Assembly: GCA_963789925.1 (NCBI GenBank)
Contig: CAWBMQ010000006.1
Coordinates: 231,378-295,377, forward strand
DNA length: 64,000 nt
DNA from: an uncultured Gemmatimonadales bacterium
GTDB taxonomy: Bacteria > Gemmatimonadota > Gemmatimonadetes > Gemmatimonadales > GWC2-71-9
Direction of reading: 5' to 3'
Within the stretch, counting starts at the first letter, position 1; each line of letters starts with the position of its first letter. Under the pieces are notes generated by a model. It searched no databases. It was not told the DNA's origin and saw nothing but the letters and a program-made list of their open reading frames with translations. A program made the position numbers and the translations under genes. Below, piece by piece: positions 1 through 9,400 of the stretch.

Positions 1-347
1 TGGTTCACGGGCACGCCGATCCGGGAGAGTCCCCCAGGGATGCGGCCCTGCGCGAGCTCGAGGAGGAGACCGGGCTCGTGCCGGTGCGCATGTACAACCT
101 GAGCCGGGTGGAGAGCTTCTACCTGCACAAGAGCGATGCCGTGACGCTCGTCGCGATGTTCTCGGCGTTTGTCGAGCGGGCAGAGGTCGTGCTGAGCGAG
201 GAGCACGACGATTTCACGTGGCTGCCGGTGGAGGAGGCGAGGCAGCGGTTCTCGTGGCCCCGGGAGGTGCGCTGCCTCGATGACGCATTGTTCCTCATCG
301 GGAGGGGCGACGCGGGCGCACTCGAGGACGTACTGCGGGTATGCTAG
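1..347 (+). CDS. NUDIX hydrolase (5' end cut by window edge)
   Basis: From nt 3 the frame reads [25 protein letters not shown] (Nudix box G-x5-E-x7-REUxEExGU). It runs into listed ORF 78..347. The stop at 345-347 overlaps the hisF start. Confidence 0.8.
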   Translation, partial: VHGHADPGESPRDAALRELEEETGLVPVRMYNLSRVESFYLHKSDAVTLVAMFSAFVERAEVVLSEEHDDFTWLPVEEARQRFSWPREVRCLDDALFLIGRGDAGALEDVLRVC

Positions 348-1093
348 CGCGCCGCATCATCCCCTGCCTCGACGTCGCGAACGGACGGGTGGTGAAGGGG
401 GTGCACTTCGAGTCGTTGCGCGATGCGGGCGACCCGGTGGAGCAGGGTGCGCACTACGACGCCGAGGGTGCCGACGAGCTCGTGTTCCTCGACATCGCCG
501 CGAGCTACGAGTCGCGTTCCACGACGCTCGACATGGTGAGCCGTGTCGCCGACCGGCTGTTCATCCCCTTCACGGTGGGTGGCGGCATTCGCACGGTGGC
601 CGATGCGGGGCAGGCGCTCCGCGCCGGCGCGGACAAGGTCGCGGTGAACACCGCGGCGGTGCGGGACCCCGACCTGGTGCGGCGTCTCGCCGACAGCTTC
701 GGGAGCCAGTGCGTCGTGGTGGCGGTGGACAGCAAGCGGGTCGAGGGGCGTGACGTCGTGATGGTGACGGGTGGCCGGGAGGCCACCGGGCGCACCGCCG
801 TGGAATGGGCACAGGAACTCGAGGCCAGGGGCGCGGGCGAGATCCTGCTGACGTCCATGGATCGCGACGGCACGCAGGCGGGCTATGACCTCGGGCTCAC
901 CGCTGCGGTGTCTGGCGCGGTGCGGATCCCGGTGATCGCCTCCGGCGGCGCCGGGAAGCTCGAGGACCTGGCTGATGCACTCGCGGCCGGCGCGCACGGC
1001 GTGCTGGCAGCGTCGATCTTTCATTTTCGTGGTTCATCGCTCGCGGAAGCGCGGGCCTTCCTCAGGTCGAAGGGTTATCCGGTTCGTCCATGA
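341..1093 (+). CDS. hisF: Imidazole glycerol phosphate synthase cyclase subunit HisF
   Basis: 250-aa ORF with [33 protein letters not shown] and ASGGAG, the typical HisF barrel motifs. Confidence 0.95.
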   Translation: MLARRIIPCLDVANGRVVKGVHFESLRDAGDPVEQGAHYDAEGADELVFLDIAASYESRSTTLDMVSRVADRLFIPFTVGGGIRTVADAGQALRAGADKVAVNTAAVRDPDLVRRLADSFGSQCVVVAVDSKRVEGRDVVMVTGGREATGRTAVEWAQELEARGAGEILLTSMDRDGTQAGYDLGLTAAVSGAVRIPVIASGGAGKLEDLADALAAGAHGVLAASIFHFRGSSLAEARAFLRSKGYPVRP

Positions 1094-2502
1094 TCCTGGC
1101 CGCACTTTCTCTGCTTTCCGTTCTCCATGCCGCGGCACCCTGCACCCGCGTCTCGCGCGCGGGCACCGAGCTCAGGGGCGATACGAAGATCTGTCCCGGC
1201 CGGTACCGCATCGCCGACCCGGCGCAGAAGGGCGTGCTCATTGTCGCGGCGTCGGGGCTGCACATCGACCTGGACGGCGTCATCATCGAGAGCGGTGACT
1301 CGGTTCCGAGCCGCTACTCGGGGTACGGCCTGATGCTGCGGAACGTGGACAGCGTGGCGATCACGGGCGGCACCATCCGCGGCTATCGCATCGGGGTGCT
1401 GCTGGAGGGCGGGTCCGGCCACACGGTAACGGGGATGACGCTTTCGGGCTCGCGCACACAGGCGCTTCACTCGACGCCCGAGCGATATTCGGAGGCCGAC
1501 TGGCTCGACATCTTCCATCCCGACACCTTCGAGACCTACGGCGCCGGGCTCTACCTCAAGAACGCCGATGGGATCACGGTGCAGGGGGTGACGGCGAAGG
1601 ACGCCCAGAACGGGATCATGCTGTCGAGCGTGCGGCGGAGCCAGTTGCTGGACAATGACGTCTCCGACAACAGCGGGTGGGGCATCAGCCTGTGGCGCTC
1701 GTCGCGGAACGCGCTGCTGCGGAACCGGGCCGTGCACAACGTCCGCTGCGAGAGCGAGAGCTACAGCCAGGGCTGCGACTCGGCGGCGCTGCTCATTCGC
1801 CAGCGGAGCGACTCCAATGTCATCGCCGACAACGACCTCCGCTGGTCGGGTGACGGCTTCTTCCTGAGCGGGCACCAGCCCGGGCTCGAGCCATCGGTGG
1901 GCAACCTGGTGATCCGGAACGATGCGAGCCACGCGTATCACAACGCGTTCGAGGCGACGTGGAGCTGGGGAACCACATTCCTGGAGAATCGTGCCGACAG
2001 CTCGGCGTATGCGTTCTGGCTGGGATACTCCACCGGTGCCACGGTGCGGGGCAACACGGCAGTGGGGAGCCGCGAGGTGGCGATCGCCATCGAGCACGGC
2101 AGCGACAATGAGATCGCCGGGAACGTCCTGATTGGCGGCAAGGACGGAATCAAGCTCTTCACGTCGGCAGCGAGCGGGCCGGCGAGCCGGGGTTACCGGG
2201 TGGACGACAACACGATCTCGCGTTTCGGCCGGGGGCTGGTGCTGCAGGGCACCACGCAGGCCAGGGTGCGGGGGAACGTATTCGACAGCGACAATGAGTC
2301 CCTGGTGGCCGATGCGGCGGCCAAGGATGCGGTGGTCCAGGGGAATGTGTTCCTGCGGCCGGGACGGTTCTACGTCATCGCACCGGAGCTGAATGCGGGC
2401 GGGAACTTCTGGGGCAGCGTGACCGAGGAAGCAACCGGGGAGAAGATTTCGGGGAGCGTTGTGCTGGCGCCGTGGCAGGGCGCGGCAGCGGCGGGGTACT
2501 AG
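1090..2502 (+). CDS. Secreted right-handed parallel beta-helix repeat protein (PbH1/NosD-like)
   Basis: ATGA start/stop overlap with hisF. Hydrophobic N-terminus. Reiterated ~22-aa units ([69 protein letters not shown]) are typical of beta-helix repeats. Confidence 0.7.
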   Translation: MILAALSLLSVLHAAAPCTRVSRAGTELRGDTKICPGRYRIADPAQKGVLIVAASGLHIDLDGVIIESGDSVPSRYSGYGLMLRNVDSVAITGGTIRGYRIGVLLEGGSGHTVTGMTLSGSRTQALHSTPERYSEADWLDIFHPDTFETYGAGLYLKNADGITVQGVTAKDAQNGIMLSSVRRSQLLDNDVSDNSGWGISLWRSSRNALLRNRAVHNVRCESESYSQGCDSAALLIRQRSDSNVIADNDLRWSGDGFFLSGHQPGLEPSVGNLVIRNDASHAYHNAFEATWSWGTTFLENRADSSAYAFWLGYSTGATVRGNTAVGSREVAIAIEHGSDNEIAGNVLIGGKDGIKLFTSAASGPASRGYRVDDNTISRFGRGLVLQGTTQARVRGNVFDSDNESLVADAAAKDAVVQGNVFLRPGRFYVIAPELNAGGNFWGSVTEEATGEKISGSVVLAPWQGAAAAGY

Positions 2503-2526
2503 GGCGGGTTACCCGCCCTGCCCACC

Positions 2527-3144
2527 TCAGTCAAACCGCCCCGTATAGGTCAGGAACTTCCATTCTCCACCTCGCTCCACGATCAACCCGAAGAGCCTTT
2601 CCTGGACGGTATCACCCGGCGCCTTCAGTCGCCTGACCTCGCAGGGTCCCCACACAATATTCTCGCCCTCCGCGTTCGACTTCGGGTCGCAGCTGTAGCC
2701 GATCACGTGCAACGGCTTGCCGGCGCGCTCCTCGAGGAGCCGGCGCAGGCCCTTGCTGCTCTGGCCTTCGGTCATGAACCAGAGCAGGGACGGACTCAGG
2801 TCGTACGGTGGCAGGCCCTGTGATGCGGTCGGGTAGTAGAGCCAGGCAAACTCGTCGCGGTTGATGAGCATGCGCTGGAGCGCCGCAGTGTCTGCGGTCT
2901 CGATTGCCTTGACCCAACTCTTGACCAGCGCGTCCCGGCTCGATGCGCCCCCCTCGAAGGCGGTGACTTGCCGGGTGCCCTCGCGGAAGCGCTCGATGGC
3001 AACCTCGCGCGGCACGACGCTGTCGACGCGCTGGGATGCCGGCGGAGCGGAGTCGGCCGCCGCCGCTGCCGTGGCTGACGGCGCGCGATCACCGCTGCAG
3101 GCGAGCAACAGCGAAACACTGCAGATGAGGGTCGTGCGGGTCAT
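2527..3144 (-). CDS. Hypothetical lipoprotein
   Basis: 205-aa ORF. Signal peptide with lipobox-like LLLAC-S. No catalytic motif recognised. Confidence 0.6.
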   Translation of the reverse strand: MTRTTLICSVSLLLACSGDRAPSATAAAAADSAPPASQRVDSVVPREVAIERFREGTRQVTAFEGGASSRDALVKSWVKAIETADTAALQRMLINRDEFAWLYYPTASQGLPPYDLSPSLLWFMTEGQSSKGLRRLLEERAGKPLHVIGYSCDPKSNAEGENIVWGPCEVRRLKAPGDTVQERLFGLIVERGGEWKFLTYTGRFD

Positions 3145-3175
3145 GCAAACTCCTCGTGACCATCGGATCGTGGGC

Positions 3176-3214
3176 GTGAAAACGCCCGACCGGCAATGAA
3201 TTGTCGATCGGGCG
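3176..3214 (-). terminator. Rho-independent terminator candidate after the TBDR/FN3-lipoprotein pair
   Basis: Minus-strand stem CGCCCGA (3208-3214) pairs with TCGGGCG (3183-3189), followed by TTTTCAC. It lies 15 nt after the stop of the 3229..4947 gene. Confidence 0.6.
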
Positions 3215-3228
3215 AATTCTAGCGGAAC

Positions 3229-4947
3229 TCAGTTGGTCTCGTACACGGTCCAGCCGGAGTACCAGGGCGTGGCACCCGCCGGGTCAACGGCGCCGAGATA
3301 CGACGTGTTGACCCACGTGCCACCGAAGTAGTTGGTCGTACGGTTGCTCACCAGCGTCGGTGGCGCCGTCAGGCCGCCTGCGGTGGCGGGCGACCCGGCC
3401 TTCGGCTTGAAGTTGAGCGATGGTGGCGTGAGCGTATAGCCGAGGAGCGTGTCCACCTGCACGTTCGCGGCGTAGGCCAACATCGTCGCCAGACGCCCGG
3501 CGTTCCAGTTCGTGGTCTGGGAGTAGCCGACGCCTGTGGTGTCGTAGTTATACCCGTTCTGTGCCAGCAGCGTGTTGGAGATCCAGAGCGAGTCCTTGCC
3601 GCCATTCCCGGTCCAGAGCGAATCAGTCCACGCATCACGGATGTTGATGGCGATGCCGGTGGCGCGAGAGAGCACGCCGTTGAATACCGTCCCGCCCGTG
3701 CCGCGGCGCCACACGCCGCCGTTGCCGTCAGCCGGGAAGCCGGCGACCGTGGTGCCCGCGAGGACAAAAGTGAAGTTCGCCCACACCGGCATCGAGTACG
3801 GGGTACTGGCGCTGGTTGCGGTCAGGGTGCAGCCAGGGACACCAGGATCACAGCCGTCGCCCTCGAAGCCGCGGGGATCCGCCGAGAGCACGCCCGAGCC
3901 GGGGTGCGGCGCAAGACGGGTGCTCTGGAAGGCGATCAAGAACTGGTTCCGGCCCTGGTAGCCCTCGGTCCAGTCGAAGTGGTCGTCGCCCGACTCGTAG
4001 GAGACGAGGTACCGGCCATCGACCGCGCCGCCCCAGTACTCGAAGGAGTCATCGAGACCGGCCATGCTCTGGATGTACTCGTAGGTAGTGCCCCGGCCCA
4101 CGGCATAGCTGGACAGGGTATTGAGTTCCTGGCCGGCGCCATTGGACACGTCGTAGCCGGCGAACTGGATGCGGACGTAGCGGAGGGTGCCGCTGTTGTC
4201 GTTGTTGTCGTTGCCGCCGGCGTAGTTCTCCGACTCACCGGCCGCGCCGCCCTCGGTCTGGATCGGGTTTCCGCTACGGTTGATGATGCCGTTGCCGATG
4301 ATGATGATGCCGCCCCAGTCGCCCGGCTTGCGGTTGCCCGGGAGCCGGCCCGAGGTAAAGACGATCGGCGCCGCCGCGGTGCCGTTGGCCTCGATCTTCG
4401 CGCCGCGAAGAATCCAGAGCGAACTGCCCGCCACTGCCGTGTCACCGATGATCTGGGTGCCGGGCTGGATGGTGAGTGTGGCGCCATTCTGCACCTTCAC
4501 GTAGCCGGAAAGCGTGTAGAGCGTGTCGGCGTACAGAGTCCTGCTCGCCGTCACGTCGCCGCTCAGCACCCCGGCGGAGAAGCTCACGTTTGCGCTGTAG
4601 GCGCTGGTGCCGGCGCTGTTGGTGGCGGCGACGCGGTAGGCGTATTCGGTGACCGGCAGGGTCAGGGTCGCGTCGTCGTACGACGTCCCGGTAATGGCGC
4701 CGCCGATGTCCGTGTAGACGGTCGGCGTTGACTTGAGGGCCCGCTGAAGGGCGTAGCTGGTGGCTCCGGATGAGGCGCTCCAGCTGATGTGCGCCGTCGT
4801 GGCGCTGACTGGCTGGACGCTGAGCCCGGTGGGCACCGCCGGAACCGACGGCCCGTTGTTGTTGTCACTGCTGCAGGCGGCGAGGGTAACCATCGCCGTG
4901 AGGCCGGCGAGGCCTGCGAGCACTGCTTTCCTGGCAAACAGCTTCAT
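3229..4947 (-). CDS. Surface lipoprotein with fibronectin type III domain, partner of the upstream TonB-dependent receptor
   Basis: Best start is MKLFARK at 4947 (GAGGGG Shine-Dalgarno upstream). Lipobox LAAC-S. FN3-like segment PTGLSVQPVSATTAHISWSASSGATSYALQR...YAYRVAATNSAGTSAYS. Long Gly/Asn-rich C-terminal part of unknown fold. Confidence 0.65.
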   Translation of the reverse strand: MKLFARKAVLAGLAGLTAMVTLAACSSDNNNGPSVPAVPTGLSVQPVSATTAHISWSASSGATSYALQRALKSTPTVYTDIGGAITGTSYDDATLTLPVTEYAYRVAATNSAGTSAYSANVSFSAGVLSGDVTASRTLYADTLYTLSGYVKVQNGATLTIQPGTQIIGDTAVAGSSLWILRGAKIEANGTAAAPIVFTSGRLPGNRKPGDWGGIIIIGNGIINRSGNPIQTEGGAAGESENYAGGNDNNDNSGTLRYVRIQFAGYDVSNGAGQELNTLSSYAVGRGTTYEYIQSMAGLDDSFEYWGGAVDGRYLVSYESGDDHFDWTEGYQGRNQFLIAFQSTRLAPHPGSGVLSADPRGFEGDGCDPGVPGCTLTATSASTPYSMPVWANFTFVLAGTTVAGFPADGNGGVWRRGTGGTVFNGVLSRATGIAINIRDAWTDSLWTGNGGKDSLWISNTLLAQNGYNYDTTGVGYSQTTNWNAGRLATMLAYAANVQVDTLLGYTLTPPSLNFKPKAGSPATAGGLTAPPTLVSNRTTNYFGGTWVNTSYLGAVDPAGATPWYSGWTVYETN

Positions 4948-5076
4948 CGTTATCCCCTCGAAAGAGTGAACATTCTGTTCGATCACGCCGGCACGAATGA
5001 GATCGAATTCGGGGAGCACGAAACTGCGTTCGTGTTCCGGTCCGGTGATTCCTGCGTCACAGTCGTGTCAACCCGT

Positions 5077-7836
5077 TCAGATCTCCCACCGGAAGCCCAC
5101 CCCGAAGACCCGACCGGAGAAGTACGTCTGCCGCACCACGCCGCCCTGTTCAAAGAGGTACCGGGCGTTGAGCAGGTTCCGCGCTTCGATCTTCGCCGTG
5201 AGGTTGCGTAATACCGGGATCTGGACGGTCGCGTCGAGCATGCTGCGGGGCTTCTCGTAGGCGTCGGGGATCCCGCCGGTGCCGGCCTCGAGGATGCGCT
5301 GGCCCTGCACGTTGTAGAGGAGCGATGCGGCCCAGGCCTTCTGGGCCCAGAGGAGACCGGCGTTGACGATGTAGGGCGACTGGCCCACCATCGGCCGCAC
5401 CGGGTTGGTGGCGGCGGAGATACTGTCGTTGCCGACCGTGATCGAGCTCTTCATGAGCGTCACGTTGGCGAACGCGGTGAAGGCCCGCATGAAGCTGCCG
5501 GCAAAGTCGAGGTTCTTCCGCGCCTCGAGCTCGAGGCCGTAGTTGTTGGCCCCGGCGGCGTTCACGTAGCTCAGGATGTTGGAGCCGGCCGACAGGATGT
5601 AGACCTTCTCGATCGGCGAATCGAAGTGCTTGTAGAAAACGCCGGCGCTGAGGATCTCGCCGCCACGGGGGAACCACTCCCAGCGCAGGTCCACGTTCTG
5701 GATCAGCGCCCGCTGGAGCGCCGGGTTGCCCTGGGTAACCGCGAAACCGACCTGCTCGAAGTAGGCGATCGGCGACAGCTCCCGGTATTCCGGCCGCGAC
5801 ACCGTCTGCGTGGCGGCGAAGCGAAGGTTCTGGTCCTGCGTCAGCGCGTAATTCAGGCCCAGCGAAGGAAGGATGTCGGTCTTCGACGGGTTGGCGTTCA
5901 CGACGGCACCCGTGGTCGTCACGCTGGCGACATTCACCGTCCATGCCTCGAGCCGGGCCCCGCCTACCAGCTGCAACCGCGTGGTGAGGGGGAATTCCAC
6001 CTGCACGTAGCCGGCATACACATCCTCACTGGCGTCGTAGCGCCCGCCGTTGGCATTCGCCTGCATGAAGAAGCTGCTGTTGTCGATGTTCGCCTGGGAG
6101 AAGATCTGTTCCGGAGTCTGCTGCAGCTGCGACTGGTCCAGCGTCTGGTTGACGATGTCATAGGCACGGATATCAACCTCGCGGCTGGCGGTGCGCCAGG
6201 CGGCGCCACCCTTCACGTTCCACGGGCGGTTGAGCGCACCGAAGCTGTGCTGCCAGTTGGCACCGAGGTCCCAGTTGGACTGGTCGAGCGTGCTCCAGGT
6301 GCGGGTGGCAAAGCGGGTCTGGCCGAACCACTGGTACGGCACCAGCGCGCTGTCGGCGCCGGTCGCACGGGCCTGGTAACCGATGTCCGAGCGGTCCGGC
6401 TCGTCCCGGGTTACGCCGCTGGTGGACACCTGCCAGGTGAGGTAGTTGCGTGGCGAGATGAGGTGATTGCCGACCAGCTGGTTGGTGCGAACACTGCGCT
6501 GGATGTACGTGAGCCGCGAGAAGAGGAAGTCCTGGCCGAATTCCTCGTTGAAGCCGCCCAGGTCCTCCACCGAGTTGTCGGCACCGCGGGTGTAGGTGTT
6601 GTTGAAGTCGAACTTGGAGTTGGCCCCGATACGGGTCGAGAAGTTCAGCATGCCGCCCCAGAGCACGGTGCCAATCGCGCTGCTGCCGTTGTACTGGTTG
6701 AGCGGAAGCGCGGTGTTGACCTCGGCACCCCGCTTGGCGACGCCCTTGGTCTGGTCGGTGCGGATCTCCTGGGCATACGCATACGAGAACGATGCGAGGT
6801 ACCCGAGCATGTGGCCGAATACCGGGTCCTCGCCGCCAATCGATGCATTGAACCCGCCCGCACCGTTGCCGCTGCCCTGGTTGGGCGCCCAGACATTACG
6901 AAACGACCCGATGAGGGTGTTCAGCTGCGCCTGGTTGGTACCGCTGAGGTCGCCGGCCGCCGCCACATCGGGCGGCAGGGCGCGCGGACCGGCGCCGTTG
7001 CCGAACCAGTCGCCGCTCACGGTCGGCGCCTGGGCGATGTCCTTCCCCGTCACCGCACTGTTGAAGCCGGCGGTGACACCGATGTTGATCTGGCGACCGG
7101 CGGGGAACTCCTTGGTCTTCAGATCGACACGGGCGCCGCTGAAGTCGCCGGGCTGGTCGGGCGTGAAGGTCTTGGAAGTGGTGATGCCCTCGAGCAGGTT
7201 GGTCGGGAAGAGGTCGAGCGGCACCACCTTGCGGTCGGTCTCGGCGCTGGGAATCACCGCACCGTTCAGGGCCGTGGTGGTGTAGCGCTCACCCAGGCCG
7301 CGGACAATCACGTACTTGCCGTCCTCCACCGACACACCGCTCACCCGCTGCACCGCCGCGCCGGCATCGCTATCCGGTGTCTTTTCGATCTGCTCGGCGC
7401 TGATCGAGTTGACCACGCTGATCGAGTTCTTCTGGGTGTCGAGTGCGGAATTGATCGAGCCCTTTTCCGCCTCGGCGGTAACCGCGACTTCCTCCAGCTG
7501 CACCACCGAGGTCGCAAGCGAGATGTTCTGCTCGACCACGTCCTTCGATGTAACCACCAGTCCCGTCACCGTCTTGGGCGCGTAACCGAGCATGCGCGCG
7601 GTGATCGAGACCTGCCCGACCGGCACGTTCTGCAGGGTGTAGCGGCCATCGATGGCGGAGACCGTGTGGATGTCGGTGCCGGTGATCTGCACCTGGGCGC
7701 CGGCGATCGGCGCTCCCTGTCCTGCTTCGACGATACGACCTACGATCCGTCCGGTCTCCTGTGCAGCAAGTGCGGCAGGCACCAGCAACAGCGTGACGAA
7801 GAAGGCGAGGCGCGCGTACGATCGAATGCGATGCAT
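5077..7836 (-). CDS. TonB-dependent receptor with CarboxypepD_reg-like N-terminal domain
   Basis: Start MHRIRSY at 7836 with signal peptide ...PAALAAQ. N-domain GRIVGRIVEAGQGAPIAGAQVQITG..DGRYTLQNVPVG. Plug region VSGVSVEDGKYVIVRGLGERYT. Long barrel ending GVGFRWEI. Confidence 0.9.
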   Translation of the reverse strand: MHRIRSYARLAFFVTLLLVPAALAAQETGRIVGRIVEAGQGAPIAGAQVQITGTDIHTVSAIDGRYTLQNVPVGQVSITARMLGYAPKTVTGLVVTSKDVVEQNISLATSVVQLEEVAVTAEAEKGSINSALDTQKNSISVVNSISAEQIEKTPDSDAGAAVQRVSGVSVEDGKYVIVRGLGERYTTTALNGAVIPSAETDRKVVPLDLFPTNLLEGITTSKTFTPDQPGDFSGARVDLKTKEFPAGRQINIGVTAGFNSAVTGKDIAQAPTVSGDWFGNGAGPRALPPDVAAAGDLSGTNQAQLNTLIGSFRNVWAPNQGSGNGAGGFNASIGGEDPVFGHMLGYLASFSYAYAQEIRTDQTKGVAKRGAEVNTALPLNQYNGSSAIGTVLWGGMLNFSTRIGANSKFDFNNTYTRGADNSVEDLGGFNEEFGQDFLFSRLTYIQRSVRTNQLVGNHLISPRNYLTWQVSTSGVTRDEPDRSDIGYQARATGADSALVPYQWFGQTRFATRTWSTLDQSNWDLGANWQHSFGALNRPWNVKGGAAWRTASREVDIRAYDIVNQTLDQSQLQQTPEQIFSQANIDNSSFFMQANANGGRYDASEDVYAGYVQVEFPLTTRLQLVGGARLEAWTVNVASVTTTGAVVNANPSKTDILPSLGLNYALTQDQNLRFAATQTVSRPEYRELSPIAYFEQVGFAVTQGNPALQRALIQNVDLRWEWFPRGGEILSAGVFYKHFDSPIEKVYILSAGSNILSYVNAAGANNYGLELEARKNLDFAGSFMRAFTAFANVTLMKSSITVGNDSISAATNPVRPMVGQSPYIVNAGLLWAQKAWAASLLYNVQGQRILEAGTGGIPDAYEKPRSMLDATVQIPVLRNLTAKIEARNLLNARYLFEQGGVVRQTYFSGRVFGVGFRWEI

Positions 7837-8020
7837 GGCTCTCTTGGGCCCGGGTGCACGGGCAGGCGCCGGCGAAGTCCGGCAGTGCCGCCCTGGTCTG
7901 GAACGGCCCAAAATTCCCCGATGCGCGTATCGGGCACCGCACCGGTTTGCTACGGATGTGTCACAGAGTCACGGGAAATGGCCGGGAAGCGCGGTTATGT
8001 AACTACGGGGTAACGCGAAG

Positions 8021-8066
8021 CTGCAGGGAAGAGGGAAAAGGGAAGAGGACGAGGGAAGTGGAAACA
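8021..8066 (+). repeat. G-tract purine-rich repeat (GGGAAxA family)
   Basis: Sequence is ctgcagggaagagggaaaagggaagaggacgagggaagtggaaacaag. The first 17 nt are identical to 22075-22091. Confidence 0.8.
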
Positions 8067-8092
8067 AGAAAAGCCCGGCCGGTTGGCCGGGC
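8061..8092 (-). terminator. Rho-independent terminator of the 8115..8765 gene
   Basis: Perfect 8-bp stem GCCCGGCC/GGCCGGGC (8073-8080 / 8085-8092) with loop GGTT, followed on the minus strand by TTTTCTTGTTTC. Confidence 0.8.
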
Positions 8093-8114
8093 TCCTCAAT
8101 GACAGCCCTCGGTG

Positions 8115-8765
8115 CTAGCGGGCCGGGACGGAATCCTTCGCGGTGGCGGTGACGCCCTTCGACGAGCGCAGCAGGGCCGACTGGCGCTCCGTATTGATCT
8201 TGGCCACCCGGTTGCTGGTCCACTCGGTGTTGTACTGCTGATAATACTGGAGCGAGAACGGCTCGAGGACCGGGATCTGCTCCTCGAACAGGTAGAAGGC
8301 GGTCACCTGCTGTCGAGGCTCGAGGCGGCCGTCATTGAAGTTCTGCGAATAGGGCAGGATAGCGATCGGGCGCAGTAGCCGGCCGCGAAACACGAGGACC
8401 AGGGACTGGGCGTCGAAGTTCGCACCGGGCTGCAGGCCATAGAACTGGACATAGGCGATCCCGGGGCGCGACACCGAATTGGCACGAGCCGCCGAGTCGA
8501 TCCGCGGGCGGTTGTTCTGCACCAGCACCGCCATCGCCTGGTAGGCGTCGGGTGCCAGCAGGTTGATGACCCGTGGATCGAGCGGGGTGAACCGGATCTC
8601 GATCGCGCTGGTGGCGAGGGCGATCTGCAGGTCTTCCTGCTTGAGGGTGCCGAACCCGGGGCGAATCACCTGCTCGGAACTGGGCAGGTTCTGGGCGTGC
8701 GAATGGCGGGGATGCCAGACCGCGGGAAGCAGAAGCAGGAGCAGGAGCGTAGCAGACCGTCTCAT
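8115..8765 (-). CDS. Hypothetical secreted protein
   Basis: ORF 8115..8801. The ATG at 8765 gives MRRSATLLLLLLLPAVWHPRHSHAQ, a signal peptide. No motif recognised. Confidence 0.55.
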   Translation of the reverse strand: MRRSATLLLLLLLPAVWHPRHSHAQNLPSSEQVIRPGFGTLKQEDLQIALATSAIEIRFTPLDPRVINLLAPDAYQAMAVLVQNNRPRIDSAARANSVSRPGIAYVQFYGLQPGANFDAQSLVLVFRGRLLRPIAILPYSQNFNDGRLEPRQQVTAFYLFEEQIPVLEPFSLQYYQQYNTEWTSNRVAKINTERQSALLRSSKGVTATAKDSVPAR

Positions 8766-8797
8766 GGAGCCCCCAAAGGTAAGTGCGCCCAACGCCG

Positions 8798-9400
8798 TCA
8801 ATGTACCGCTGCCACCGCCGCCATGATGCTCTCGCCCAGTTCCGCGATTCCATTCCCCTCGACGCTGCTCACTGGCTGGAGCGACTCCTCGGTCAGGCCG
8901 AGTGACTTCGCGATCGCCTTCACCTGAAGGCGCTGCTGCTGCCGGCCCAGCTTGTCGGACTTGGTCAGTACGACCAGGGCCGGGCGGCCGCTCTCGGCCA
9001 GCAGGTCCTGAAAGGCGAGATCATCCTTTGACGGCTCGTGCCGAATGTCGAGCAGCCACACGACGCCCTTCAGCTGTTCCCGCTTCGTGAGGTATCCCTC
9101 GACCAGCATGCGGTACCCGGCGCGCATGCCCTTGTTGGCGTGGGCGAAGCCATAGCCCGGCAGGTCGACCATATAGAACGTGGGCAGCCGGAACATGTTC
9201 ATGTGCTGGGTCTTGCCGGGGGTACCGCTGACCCGCGCCAGGCCCTTCCGGCCCGTGAGCGAGTTGAGCAAGCTGGACTTGCCCACGTTCGACCGCCCGA
9301 TGAAGGCGATCTCGGGCAGCACCGGATCGAGATTCGTGAGTGGGTCTGGAAAGGAACCGACGAACTCTACCGGCTGATCAAGGAACGGTGCGGGTGTCAG
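8798..9400 (-). CDS. engB: Ribosome-biogenesis GTPase EngB/YihA (start codon uncertain)
   Basis: G1 motif [13 protein letters not shown]3 motif DLPGYG, G4 motif TKSDK. The listed ORF starts at GTG 9322, only 9 aa before G1. The in-frame upstream sequence [26 protein letters not shown] looks like the usual EngB N-terminus and begins at a CTG that overlaps the clpX stop (CTGA). Confidence 0.8.
   Translation of the reverse strand: MTPAPFLDQPVEFVGSFPDPLTNLDPVLPEIAFIGRSNVGKSSLLNSLTGRKGLARVSGTPGKTQHMNMFRLPTFYMVDLPGYGFAHANKGMRAGYRMLVEGYLTKREQLKGVVWLLDIRHEPSKDDLAFQDLLAESGRPALVVLTKSDKLGRQQQRLQVKAIAKSLGLTEESLQPVSSVEGNGIAELGESIMAAVAAVH

Noticed and set aside
5626-8013. 795-aa plus-strand ORF. Similar long ORFs include 9340..10602 (+), 23823..25886 (+, 687 aa), 47907..49445 (+), 53957..55906 (-, 649 aa), 60695..62302 (+) and 1075..2097 (-).
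   Set aside because: All lie antisense to, or out of frame with, strongly supported genes (TonB receptor, clpX, dnaK, EAL protein, propeller paralogue, SulP, beta-helix). Their translations are Arg/Gly/Ala/Pro/His-rich low-complexity sequence with no motifs. They are typical shadow ORFs of GC-rich DNA.
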